NCBI GenBank assembly: GCA_030646995.1
Contig: JAUSKF010000002.1
Location: 76,092-140,091, forward strand
Direction of reading: 5' to 3'
DNA: 64,000 nucleotides
Origin: a bacterium
GTDB taxonomy: Bacteria > Patescibacteriota > Minisyncoccia > UBA6257 > WO2-44-18
Below are positions 39,028 through 47,980 of this stretch, piece by piece (within the stretch, counting starts at the first letter, position 1; each line of letters starts with the position of its first letter). The notes under the pieces are model-generated. The model was not told where the DNA came from and made no database searches. It saw only the letters and a list, made by a program, of their open reading frames with translations. A program made the translations under genes and the position numbers.

Positions 39028-40283
39028 AGGTAATTTCTAGGATTTAAATCTCCACCAAAGGGCATTGACCCGCAGACGCGACTCGCTCCCATATAGAAGG
39101 TCTGCGCGGCGTAAACTGTGAAATGAAGGTGTGGGCCGGTAGCGTAACCAGTGCGCCCCACATAGCCGATGAGTTGACCTCTCTTAACTATATCCCCTTT
39201 CTTGATTAGTTGTCCGTCCACACTTCCGAACCTGGAAAGATGCGCGTAAAGAGTGGTGAGGTTATTATCGTGCTGAACTACGATGAATTTTCCGTAAGCT
39301 CCCCGATAACAAAGCTGGTCCTGGTCTCCTATCGCCACTACCGTGCCATCTTCAGCAGACCAGACCTCCGAACCAATCGGCGCCCCAATATCTACTCCAT
39401 TGTGAAATTGCCCTTTGTACCCATATTTTGCGAAAGCAGTCGCGCCGTAATCCTGCGTCATCACTCCGGCGGCAGGCATCGCCAGCACTCCCGGCCTAGG
39501 GATTGGCAGCAACGAGGGATCAATACTTGCTCGCAATTCTTTTTCAATTTTTTCTATTTCCGCGGAAATATCCGCCTGTTTTTTAGATAAATCATCTAAA
39601 ACCAGCGCGTAAACCTTTTCCTGACTTTTTGTCTGAGTCAAAAGCTGCTGCCGCTCGGTTTTTTGATCGGCAACGATATTCTTGCGATTTTTTAGAGTGC
39701 TATTTTCTACTTCTATTTTTTTCTTTTTAGAACTAGTGGTTTGAAACTTACCATCCAGCTGCTGGCCCAATTCTTTCAAATTCGTAACTTCGGTGGAAAT
39801 TCCGTTGTTTAAGCTGGCGATACTTTCATTCTCCAACACACTCTCCGCCAAACTGCGGTTCTTCAATAACATCATCAGCGACCCCTCGCCGTCCTTTTCA
39901 TACAACTCACGCATTAATATAATCAGAGCAAGTTTTTTAGTGCCTACTGAGGCATTGATTTGGTTGATATCCAACTGAACTTCCTGTAATTCCAATCCCA
40001 ATTTTTCAATATTTATCTGACTAGACTTAATCCCCAAATTTAACTGATTAATGCCGTAATCTATGGTCTTGATCTCCTTACTCAAACTCTTTTGCTGACT
40101 CTGTGTCTGCTCTATTTGTTTCTGCGTAGCCTGAATCTGATTATTGATTTCCAATAATCCTTTGGCCTTCTCTTCAATGGCCTTACGTAAATCATCGGCG
40201 GCTGAAGCGCCCGCTGGCGCGGCAGAAAGTAGTAAGTAGAAAGTAGTAAGTAGAAAAACTGTAGCTAAAATAGAGCGTTTCAT
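39024..40283 (-). CDS. M23 family peptidoglycan endopeptidase with coiled coil
   Basis: Signal peptide, long coiled coil, HNGVD, YAHL, TGPHLHF. Confidence 0.92.
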   Translation of the reverse strand: MKRSILATVFLLTTFYLLLSAAPAGASAADDLRKAIEEKAKGLLEINNQIQATQKQIEQTQSQQKSLSKEIKTIDYGINQLNLGIKSSQINIEKLGLELQEVQLDINQINASVGTKKLALIILMRELYEKDGEGSLMMLLKNRSLAESVLENESIASLNNGISTEVTNLKELGQQLDGKFQTTSSKKKKIEVENSTLKNRKNIVADQKTERQQLLTQTKSQEKVYALVLDDLSKKQADISAEIEKIEKELRASIDPSLLPIPRPGVLAMPAAGVMTQDYGATAFAKYGYKGQFHNGVDIGAPIGSEVWSAEDGTVVAIGDQDQLCYRGAYGKFIVVQHDNNLTTLYAHLSRFGSVDGQLIKKGDIVKRGQLIGYVGRTGYATGPHLHFTVYAAQTFYMGASRVCGSMPFGGDLNPRNYL

Positions 40284-40301
40284 ATCCTCTTTAATAATAG
40301 C

Positions 40302-41750
40302 TTACTTACCGAGCAATTTAATGGCTTCCGCAACCCGCACTAAAGTCTCTTTTTTTCCTATAACTTCCATAATTTCAAATGGGCCGGGAGATTTTTCCAA
40401 GCCGGACAAAGCGATTCTGATAGGCCACAAGAAATCCCCCTTCCCTCGCGCTTCCGCAATCGGCATTAAAACCTTATCCAATTTATTTTTCGCGAAATCA
40501 TCACTGATAATCGCGGAAATAATCTGCTCCGCCTCTTTGAGATTAGCCAGGGTCTTTTCTTTAGTGGAAGTTTTCCAAATTAAAAGCGCCGGATTATATT
40601 CGGCCACCTCCACAAAAAATCCCGCCATCTCCTGAAAATCAGAGAGTTTCTTTAGCCGCTCTTTCGTGGCTTCCACGATGCGCAAATTCTGTTCGGTATC
40701 TTTCACTTTCAAAAGCTTGGCCAAGTCTTTCGAGTCCATCTTCTTTATATACTGGGCGTTCAGCCAATCTAATTTATCCACGTTGAAAATCGCACCCGCT
40801 TTTTGGATGCGATTGATATCAAATTCTTTAACCAATTCTTCGGCGGTAAAAATTTCCTTCTCAACAACAGCGGACTTGCCCCGTGCCTCAACCGAAGGTT
40901 GTGGTGCGGGGTGCCAGCCAAGCAAAGCCATAAAATTCACCATCGTTTCCGGCAGATAGCCTTTTTCGCGATATTCGTTGATTGAAGTCGCCGAGAAGCG
41001 CTTGGACATCTTGCTTCGGTCGGCGTTCAAAATAAGCGGGATGTGGCCGTATTCGGGAGAGCCGAAACCTAATGCTTTCTGAATCAAAATTTGCTTAGGG
41101 GTGTTGGCAATATGATCTTCTCCGCGGATTACATGAGAAATCGCCATCTCCTCGTCGTCTACCACCACCGCAAAATTATATAAAGGCACCCGAGGGTCTT
41201 TAGCGATTGCTATATCCCCCATTAGGGCGGCATCAAAGGTAATGTCGCCACGGATGATATCGGTAAAAGTAATCTTGGTTTCCGGAACCTTCAAACGAAT
41301 AACATGACTGGCTGTGGATTTTAAATTTTCTTTTACCTGCTCGGCGGTTAAAAGCCGGCATCGCCCGCTATATTTTGAGCCGAACCCCTGCGCCAACATC
41401 GCCTGCCGCTCTTCTTCCAGCTGTTCTTTACTGCAGAAACAATAATAAACCGAGCCTTCGGCCAATAACTGATTAAGATATTTTTCATAAACCTCCAGCC
41501 GGTCAGTCTGCTTGATTGGACCTTCGTCCCAATCCAAACCAAGCCATTTTAAACTTTCAATAATATCTTTCTCATACTTTTCTTCCGAGCGTTCAAGGTC
41601 GGTGTCCTCAATACGTAAAACAAACACGCCATTGTTTTGCTTAGCAAAAAGCCAGTTAAAAAGCGCCGTGCGGGCAGTGCCGATATGCAAGTAGCCGGTC
41701 GGCGAAGGGGCGATTCGAACCCGAACCTGTTTTTTATTCGTTGGACTCAT
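40302..41750 (-). CDS. gltX: glutamate--tRNA ligase
   Basis: APSPTGYLHIG, LRIEDTD, HVIRGEDH, KMSKR. Confidence 0.97.
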   Translation of the reverse strand: MSPTNKKQVRVRIAPSPTGYLHIGTARTALFNWLFAKQNNGVFVLRIEDTDLERSEEKYEKDIIESLKWLGLDWDEGPIKQTDRLEVYEKYLNQLLAEGSVYYCFCSKEQLEEERQAMLAQGFGSKYSGRCRLLTAEQVKENLKSTASHVIRLKVPETKITFTDIIRGDITFDAALMGDIAIAKDPRVPLYNFAVVVDDEEMAISHVIRGEDHIANTPKQILIQKALGFGSPEYGHIPLILNADRSKMSKRFSATSINEYREKGYLPETMVNFMALLGWHPAPQPSVEARGKSAVVEKEIFTAEELVKEFDINRIQKAGAIFNVDKLDWLNAQYIKKMDSKDLAKLLKVKDTEQNLRIVEATKERLKKLSDFQEMAGFFVEVAEYNPALLIWKTSTKEKTLANLKEAEQIISAIISDDFAKNKLDKVLMPIAEARGKGDFLWPIRIALSGLEKSPGPFEIMEVIGKKETLVRVAEAIKLLGK

Positions 41751-41759
41751 AAACAAAAA

Positions 41760-42899
41760 CTAAGATATAAACTCAAGAATATCAACCGCAATGCGGTCGG
41801 CGGCATCGGCTTGGTAGAACGCGGTGGCGGCGGAAGACATTTTTGCTTTCACTTCCGGATCCAAGACGATTTTCTCAACTTGGTCTAAAAATATACTGGG
41901 CAATAGATTGTCCTGCTCAATCACTACCGCCGCCCCTGAAGAAGCATAGGCATAGCCATTTTCTTTTTGATGATCAGCGGACGCTTCGGGAAACGGCACA
42001 ATAATCGCCGGTTTCCCTTTCGCGGCTATTTCAAATATCGCTCCGGCTCCGCCCCGCGCCATAATCAAGTCGGCGGCATCCATTGCTTTACTCATTTCAA
42101 CCCCGAGATAATCAGAAAATTTATAGCTGGCGAGCAGAATCGGGGAAAAATTCTTAGTCAAAAAATCATATTGATTCTTATAATCTTGGAACTTTTCCCG
42201 GCCAATCACATGCATCACCTGAAATTTCAATAAAATTGCTTCAAGATTGCCGAGGATAAAATCGTTCATCCGATTGGAGCCCTGCGAGCCGCCAAAAATC
42301 AAAATCAGCGGTTTAGCGGGATCAAAACCTAACGCTACCTTGGCCTGCTCCGGAGAGGTTTTAATCAATAATTCAGAGCGGACCGGATTTCCCACTACAT
42401 CCAATTTCGCCGTAGTTCTCGGAAAACGCTTTGCGGCCGAACCGAAAGCTAAACCGATAACTCTGGCGAATCTGCTCGCCAGACGATTCGCTAATCCGGG
42501 AACTGAATCCGATTCATGGATAACTATAGGGGTAGCGTAGAGAAAGCTAACTAAAACCACCGGCAAAGAGCCCGGTCCGCCCTTAGAAAAAACTACATCC
42601 GGCATAAACCAATATATTTTCCATAAACACTGCAGTACGGAAAAACCGAATTTAAAAATATCCAGAAAGTTCAGCAAAGAAAAATAACGACGCCACTTAC
42701 TTTCCGCAACCCGAGAAATTCGAATAGCGTTAGCGGATAAAGCCTCCCGAAAAGCGCCGGGGTTTCCAAAATATCGGAAATCGGCCTGCACGCCGTTTTT
42801 TTCCGTCCAAGCCCGCAGTTTTTCTGAAACGGCGATAATCGGATAGATATGTCCGCCCGTTCCCCCTCCAGTAAAGATAATCCGAAGCTTTTTAGCCAT
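41760..42899 (-). CDS. murG: MurG N-acetylglucosaminyl transferase
   Basis: GGGTGGHIYP, HESDSVPG.AN, GNPVR, GGSQG. Confidence 0.96.
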   Translation of the reverse strand: MAKKLRIIFTGGGTGGHIYPIIAVSEKLRAWTEKNGVQADFRYFGNPGAFREALSANAIRISRVAESKWRRYFSLLNFLDIFKFGFSVLQCLWKIYWFMPDVVFSKGGPGSLPVVLVSFLYATPIVIHESDSVPGLANRLASRFARVIGLAFGSAAKRFPRTTAKLDVVGNPVRSELLIKTSPEQAKVALGFDPAKPLILIFGGSQGSNRMNDFILGNLEAILLKFQVMHVIGREKFQDYKNQYDFLTKNFSPILLASYKFSDYLGVEMSKAMDAADLIMARGGAGAIFEIAAKGKPAIIVPFPEASADHQKENGYAYASSGAAVVIEQDNLLPSIFLDQVEKIVLDPEVKAKMSSAATAFYQADAADRIAVDILEFIS

Positions 42900-43041
42900 T
42901 AATGAAATTATATCAGAATTACTAAAGTAAGCTCTAAATTCTAAACCCTAAATCCTAAACAATGTCTTAATTAGAAAATTTCAAAATTTTGGTATTTGAA
43001 TTTATTTAGAGTTTAGAAATTAAGATTTAGAATTTTTAGAC

Positions 43042-44130
43042 TCAAGAGTGTTTGCTTATATTCGCCACAATCCCGCCCATTGTCATAAATACCGCAAGGG
43101 CGGTGCCGCCATAGCTAATAAACGGCAAAGGAACCCCAGTGAGCGGCAAAAGGCCAGAAATAGCGCCGATATTGATAAAAACCTGCAGACTAATCAGCGT
43201 ACCGAAGCCCACCAGTACTAATTTTCCGAACTTATCCTTAACGGATCTAGCCAAAAGTAGGATTCGCAAAACCAACAATAAAAACACTGATACCAAGCCG
43301 ACCGAACCAACAAACCCCAACTCTTCCGCCACTACGGCAAAAATTGAATCCCCGATTGGCTCCGGTAAATAACTTATTTTTGTAGTTGATTGCCCATAGC
43401 CAACACCAAAAATTTCTCCGGCTCCAATAGCCATTTGCGCCTGATTGATATGATAGCCTCCACCCAAAGGGCTGGCATCCGGATTTAAAAAATTAGCAAT
43501 ACGTTGAAAGCGATAAGGGGTCATGGCAACGGCAACAGCCAAAGCCAGAACTCCGATTACGGCCACGCCTCCTACATAAGAAAGTTTCGCCCCGCTCACA
43601 AAATAAAGCACCAGCGCCGAAACGGAAATAATCACTACGGTAGTGGTAGTCGGCTGCTTGAGCAGAAGACCGGCGACCGCCCCCAACACAATAAAAAACG
43701 GAAAAAAGCCCTTCCAAAAACTTCGGCTACGCTCACTCTGGCCGGCCAACCAAGCCGCGAAATAAATAATGACCGTCAATTTCAAAAATTCCGCCGGTTG
43801 GAAGGTAATCGGCCCAATCTGCAGCCATCGCTCCGCCCCGCCGGCTTTCAGTCCAAGCGGAGTGAATACTAGGGCAGTCAGCACTATACTCGCCAGCAGT
43901 AAAATCAGGGCAAATTTCTGATAGCGCCGATAATAGATATTATAAGCTAAGAAAAATCCTGCCAGTCCCACGATTAACCCGGTGAAGACCTGATGCTTCA
44001 GATAATAGAAGCTGTCGTTGAATTTTGCCTGCCCGAGATTGGAAGAAGCGCTCGCCAACGCCAGTAATCCGAAAATTACTAAGAAGAGCAGGCAGAGAAG
44101 AATTATATAATCCGGCCGATGACTTCTCAT
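43042..44130 (-). CDS. ftsW: SEDS peptidoglycan polymerase FtsW
   Basis: QPAEFLK, YLPEP..DSIFAV..EELG, TGVPLPFISYGG. Confidence 0.93.
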   Translation of the reverse strand: MRSHRPDYIILLCLLFLVIFGLLALASASSNLGQAKFNDSFYYLKHQVFTGLIVGLAGFFLAYNIYYRRYQKFALILLLASIVLTALVFTPLGLKAGGAERWLQIGPITFQPAEFLKLTVIIYFAAWLAGQSERSRSFWKGFFPFFIVLGAVAGLLLKQPTTTTVVIISVSALVLYFVSGAKLSYVGGVAVIGVLALAVAVAMTPYRFQRIANFLNPDASPLGGGYHINQAQMAIGAGEIFGVGYGQSTTKISYLPEPIGDSIFAVVAEELGFVGSVGLVSVFLLLVLRILLLARSVKDKFGKLVLVGFGTLISLQVFINIGAISGLLPLTGVPLPFISYGGTALAVFMTMGGIVANISKHS

Positions 44131-44135
44131 CGCAA

Positions 44136-45641
44136 TTATATCTTCCTCAAAATTTCGCCCGATAAAATATTCTGGTACTGCCTATCCTTGACCGCCAACT
44201 GCCCATTAACAATGACATGTTCAACCTTAACTCCATGCCGAGTGGAGAACAACACCAAATCCGCAACCGCTCCTTCGGCAATCAAGCCGCGATTCTTCAA
44301 GCCGAACTTTTGCGCCGGTTCGGACGTAATCTTACTGATGGCCTGCGCCAAAGAAAGCATTTTTCTCTGGGTAACCACCTCGATAAATCTTGGGAAGGTA
44401 TTGGTGAATCGCTCATGCTTCAGCGAACGAGTATCATCCGGCAAGCTGGCGCCGTTGGAGGCGATTAATGCCTGCTCGCGCTCCAAATTCTGCAAAGCGA
44501 GATCCAAATTGATGTTGCGATAAAATACCAAAGCTCGTAATCCGGTTAAGCTCATCAGCTTCATCAAAGCTTCCGCCATATTCAATTCCTGATTTTCCGC
44601 AAAATCCTGCAAAGTTTTTCCAACCAGATAATCTTGGCCGGCTGCTTGCGCTATCCGAATATCTTTCCCTTTGATACCGGCAAAGTCTTTCAGAAGACGA
44701 GCCGCCAAGTCGGGATTTTTTAAATATGAAAGCATTATTTCCAAATTTCCAACCTGCGCCCAAGCCGGTAGTAGTGTGTATATCGGAATAATTGTTTCGC
44801 CAAAAGGATAGCTATCAAAATGAATATCCAGCGAAGCGGCGGAGCTATGGATTAACTCCACGGCTTTTTTATAATCTTGCTCGAATCCGATAATCGGCTT
44901 GAAATGGCTGATTAAAGTTTTAGCTTTAGTTTCTTCGGCAATTTTAATTGTTTCTTCCACCGCCGCCAGCACGCCCTCTTTATCGTCGCGCAAATGAGTT
45001 GCATAGACTCCCCCTTTTTCTGCCACTACCTTCACCAGCTCTTTAATCTCTGAATAAGGAACGCGGCGGGAATGCGCGTAACCCAAACCCGTAGATAACC
45101 CGAAGGCGCCTTCTTTAATGGCGTCTCTGACTATTTTTTTCAAAGCCTCCAACTCCGGCAGAGTAAGATCGCGGGCGTCTTCCTGCACTAAACCACGGCG
45201 AATCGTGGAGTGCCCGACCAAAGTTCCGAAATTAACTCCCAATCCCCTTCTTCCCAAAACTTTCAAAAACTCGGCGACGGTATGCCAATCAATATTTACC
45301 TGCTTGGTATCAGTCCACTTACGGATAGAATCCAAGCTTCCCGAAAACAACGGGGCAAGAGAGGCGCCGCAAACTCCGCCGAAGATAGTCGTGACTCCCT
45401 GAAGCAAAAAATCCTGCTGTTGCGGGTTAGTGAAAAGCGAAAGATGGTGGTCGGAGTCGGTGTCTACATCTATAAATCCGGGAGCAAGATAAAGGCCGAG
45501 GGCTTCTATTGTAAGCTGGGATTTCTTGGTCGGAAATTTGCCGATAGCGGCTATTTTATTACCCTTCAACAAAACATCGGCGGTAAAAACCGGCCGCTTC
45601 CCGGAACCATCCAGAATTTTCGCGCCTTTTATTAGAATCAT
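44136..45641 (-). CDS. N-acyl-D-amino-acid deacylase-like amidohydrolase
   Basis: LAPGFID, QGVTT, GAFGLSTGL, THLR, RGLIAEG..ADLV; the usual HxH metal site reads DTDSDH. Confidence 0.85.
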   Translation of the reverse strand: MILIKGAKILDGSGKRPVFTADVLLKGNKIAAIGKFPTKKSQLTIEALGLYLAPGFIDVDTDSDHHLSLFTNPQQQDFLLQGVTTIFGGVCGASLAPLFSGSLDSIRKWTDTKQVNIDWHTVAEFLKVLGRRGLGVNFGTLVGHSTIRRGLVQEDARDLTLPELEALKKIVRDAIKEGAFGLSTGLGYAHSRRVPYSEIKELVKVVAEKGGVYATHLRDDKEGVLAAVEETIKIAEETKAKTLISHFKPIIGFEQDYKKAVELIHSSAASLDIHFDSYPFGETIIPIYTLLPAWAQVGNLEIMLSYLKNPDLAARLLKDFAGIKGKDIRIAQAAGQDYLVGKTLQDFAENQELNMAEALMKLMSLTGLRALVFYRNINLDLALQNLEREQALIASNGASLPDDTRSLKHERFTNTFPRFIEVVTQRKMLSLAQAISKITSEPAQKFGLKNRGLIAEGAVADLVLFSTRHGVKVEHVIVNGQLAVKDRQYQNILSGEILRKI

Positions 45642-45675
45642 TTGACTTACCCTAAAATTATAGCATTTTGCTAAT

Positions 45676-45824
45676 TAGTGCTGCCGAATAGCTTTCTCGG
45701 ACACAGCGTTGCTGGCCTCCGGCGGGCCAGCCCGCTTCTCTCTCGACAAGTTGTTTCGGCTAATCGCCGAAAACCAATCCAACTTGCCTCCGAGATGTTC
45801 CTTAAAAGCCATTCGGCAGCACTA
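45676..45824 (+). repeat. divergent member of the structured repeat family
   Basis: Terminal IR TAGTGCTGCCGAAT/ATTCGGCAGCACTA; retains CTCGGA, TCCGGCG loop, TCTCTCTCG, ACCAATC and CTCCG..ATGTTCCT. Confidence 0.75.
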
Positions 45825-45872
45825 GCGAATCAAACAAAAAACCTCCCTTGCGGGAGGTTAGTCTTGTTGCTG

Positions 45873-46265
45873 TTACTTCTTACATGCCACCCAGTAGTAG
45901 GTGGTGACGCCCGTATTGCCCTTCTGGTTGGCGGGCGCGGACGAAACAGAAACCATGCAATCAGCGTGATCCTTGCAGAACTTCACCAGCGCGGCTTCAT
46001 AGTCTTCGCGAGAGTCAGCGGAAGTCTTCACCTCTACCCGATAAACACCGCCTCCGAGGTCCTTCATTTCCACGTCACTCTTATCTACCGGATCAGCCAG
46101 GAGCTCCGGCTTCACATCGTCCGTCATGGGCCTTTCATCGGCTGGAAGGACAGGCGCAGGAGGATCGGCATAGAGACTCTGCGGAGAGAACCAAGCGAGG
46201 CAGAGCAATGTCAGCGCGGCGAGACAACAAACGGCGGCAAGAGCGTTACCGAGGAAATTCTTCAC
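45873..46265 (-). CDS. hypothetical secreted protein
   Basis: GTG start with AAGGGAG SD; N-terminal signal peptide. Confidence 0.7.
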   Translation of the reverse strand: MKNFLGNALAAVCCLAALTLLCLAWFSPQSLYADPPAPVLPADERPMTDDVKPELLADPVDKSDVEMKDLGGGVYRVEVKTSADSREDYEAALVKFCKDHADCMVSVSSAPANQKGNTGVTTYYWVACKK

Positions 46266-46342
46266 TGGAATACTCCCTTCATGAAATGAACGTACTAAAG
46301 GGTATTATAACAAAAAAAGCCCCCCAAAACAAGGGGGCTAAT

Positions 46343-47905
46343 CTATGCCGACACTACCAGATGATCATATGCCGCGAGCGTAAGGAACTCGGGGAACTTT
46401 TCGGAAAATACCATCTCCCGGAAAATCTTTTCGGCGAGGTTAAACTTCCCGCCCGCCCAGGCGGGCAAGCCCCGCAAATCCTGCATCACTTCCTTAATCA
46501 CTTCATCCAAAGCCTTAGCCGAACACATTTCCACGTTGTGCTTCCGCCACTGCCAAATCTGTGCGCGAGAAATCTCTGCCGTCGCCGCATCTTCCATTAG
46601 GTTGTTCAAAGTGACACAACCGACGCCCCGCAGCCAAGCCTCCAGATACTGGATGCCGATACTGACATTACTGTATACGCCATCGCCGCTAATTGCCCCC
46701 TTCGGAACGCGGAGCAAATCTTCCGCGGTGACATGGACATCTTCACGCAAAACATCCAGCTGATTCGGCCCGGGCATTCCCAGATCGAAAATTTCTTTCA
46801 CATCCGGAACATACGCCGGATGAGAAACCCATTTACCATCAAAGCCCAACCCTATCTCACGCGCAGAATCAGCTTTAACTTTCAGGCTATTTGCGATGTT
46901 AACTTTCTCATCCTTGCTGGGACTCTGCGCCGCCATTCCGCCCATCGCGAGAGCTCCCCGCTTATGACAGGTCTCCACCAGAAGATCAGCATACGGAGCG
47001 AGAAAACCTCCGTCCATTTTCAAAGTGGAGCGGTCCGGCAAAACAAAACGCGGATGAGCAGAAAGCTTCTTGATGTAGCTGAAAATGTAGTCCCAGCGGC
47101 CGCAATTCAGGCCAGCCGAATGCTCGCGAAGAGCATAGAGAATTTCTTCCATCTGGAACGCCGCCGGCAAAGTCTCAATCAGCACGGTCGCGCGGATAAT
47201 TCCCCGCGGCAAACCAAACTGGTCTTCAGACCACCGGAAGATTGCATCCCAAAGCATCGCTTCGACAGAGCTCTCCATTTTAGGAAGGTAGAGATAAACT
47301 CCCGTACCTTTATCTACGAGTGCCTGAGCGTTATGGAAAAAATACATTCCGAAGTCGAACAAACTCGCCGACATCGGCTTGCCGTCCACCAGCACGTGCT
47401 TCTCCGGCAAATGCCAGCCGCGAGGACGGAAAAACTGCACAGCTGTTTTTTCTTTCAGCGCATACTTTTTCCTGCCGGTCTCAAAATCAATCTGCCTTCT
47501 TACAGCGTCAAAAAGATTAATCTGCCCGTTGACGATATTCGCCCAAGTCGGAGCATCGGAATCTTCCGAGTCCGCCATGTAGCAATTCGCCCCGGAGTTC
47601 AAAGCATTAATTACCATCTTCCGGCTTGATGCCGGCCCGGTAATCTCCACTCGCCTATCTTCCAGATCTTTCGGAGCCGGAACAACTTTCCATTCGGAAG
47701 TACGAATAACCGTATTGCCGAAAGAAAGGCTACGGAAATCGCCGGTGTCTAGCCTGCGCTGGAAAACATCTCGCCACTCCAAATTTTTCCTGCGAATATC
47801 TCCGAACTCTTTATTAAGTTCGCCAACGAAGCGCAGGGCTTCAGGCGTCAGAATTTTCTCGTCCCCTTCTACCTTCGGACCTCTGACTCGGACGTCAGTA
47901 TTCAC
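46343..47905 (-). CDS. aceB: malate synthase A
   Basis: DRRVEITGP, RPRGWHL, YLYLPKME, VLIETLPAAF, LNCGRWDYIFS, LMEDAATAEISRAQ; GTG start after AAGGAG. Confidence 0.95.
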   Translation of the reverse strand: MNTDVRVRGPKVEGDEKILTPEALRFVGELNKEFGDIRRKNLEWRDVFQRRLDTGDFRSLSFGNTVIRTSEWKVVPAPKDLEDRRVEITGPASSRKMVINALNSGANCYMADSEDSDAPTWANIVNGQINLFDAVRRQIDFETGRKKYALKEKTAVQFFRPRGWHLPEKHVLVDGKPMSASLFDFGMYFFHNAQALVDKGTGVYLYLPKMESSVEAMLWDAIFRWSEDQFGLPRGIIRATVLIETLPAAFQMEEILYALREHSAGLNCGRWDYIFSYIKKLSAHPRFVLPDRSTLKMDGGFLAPYADLLVETCHKRGALAMGGMAAQSPSKDEKVNIANSLKVKADSAREIGLGFDGKWVSHPAYVPDVKEIFDLGMPGPNQLDVLREDVHVTAEDLLRVPKGAISGDGVYSNVSIGIQYLEAWLRGVGCVTLNNLMEDAATAEISRAQIWQWRKHNVEMCSAKALDEVIKEVMQDLRGLPAWAGGKFNLAEKIFREMVFSEKFPEFLTLAAYDHLVVSA

Positions 47906-47980
47906 AAACCTCTCCTTTTCAATGGACCGAGAAGAGCATATCAAAAAACCTTAGATTTAAAAAGCCACCCTCATGGGTGG

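Noticed and set aside
45678-46289. 203-aa plus-strand ORF
   Set aside because: Reads through the structured repeat and antisense to the secreted-protein gene
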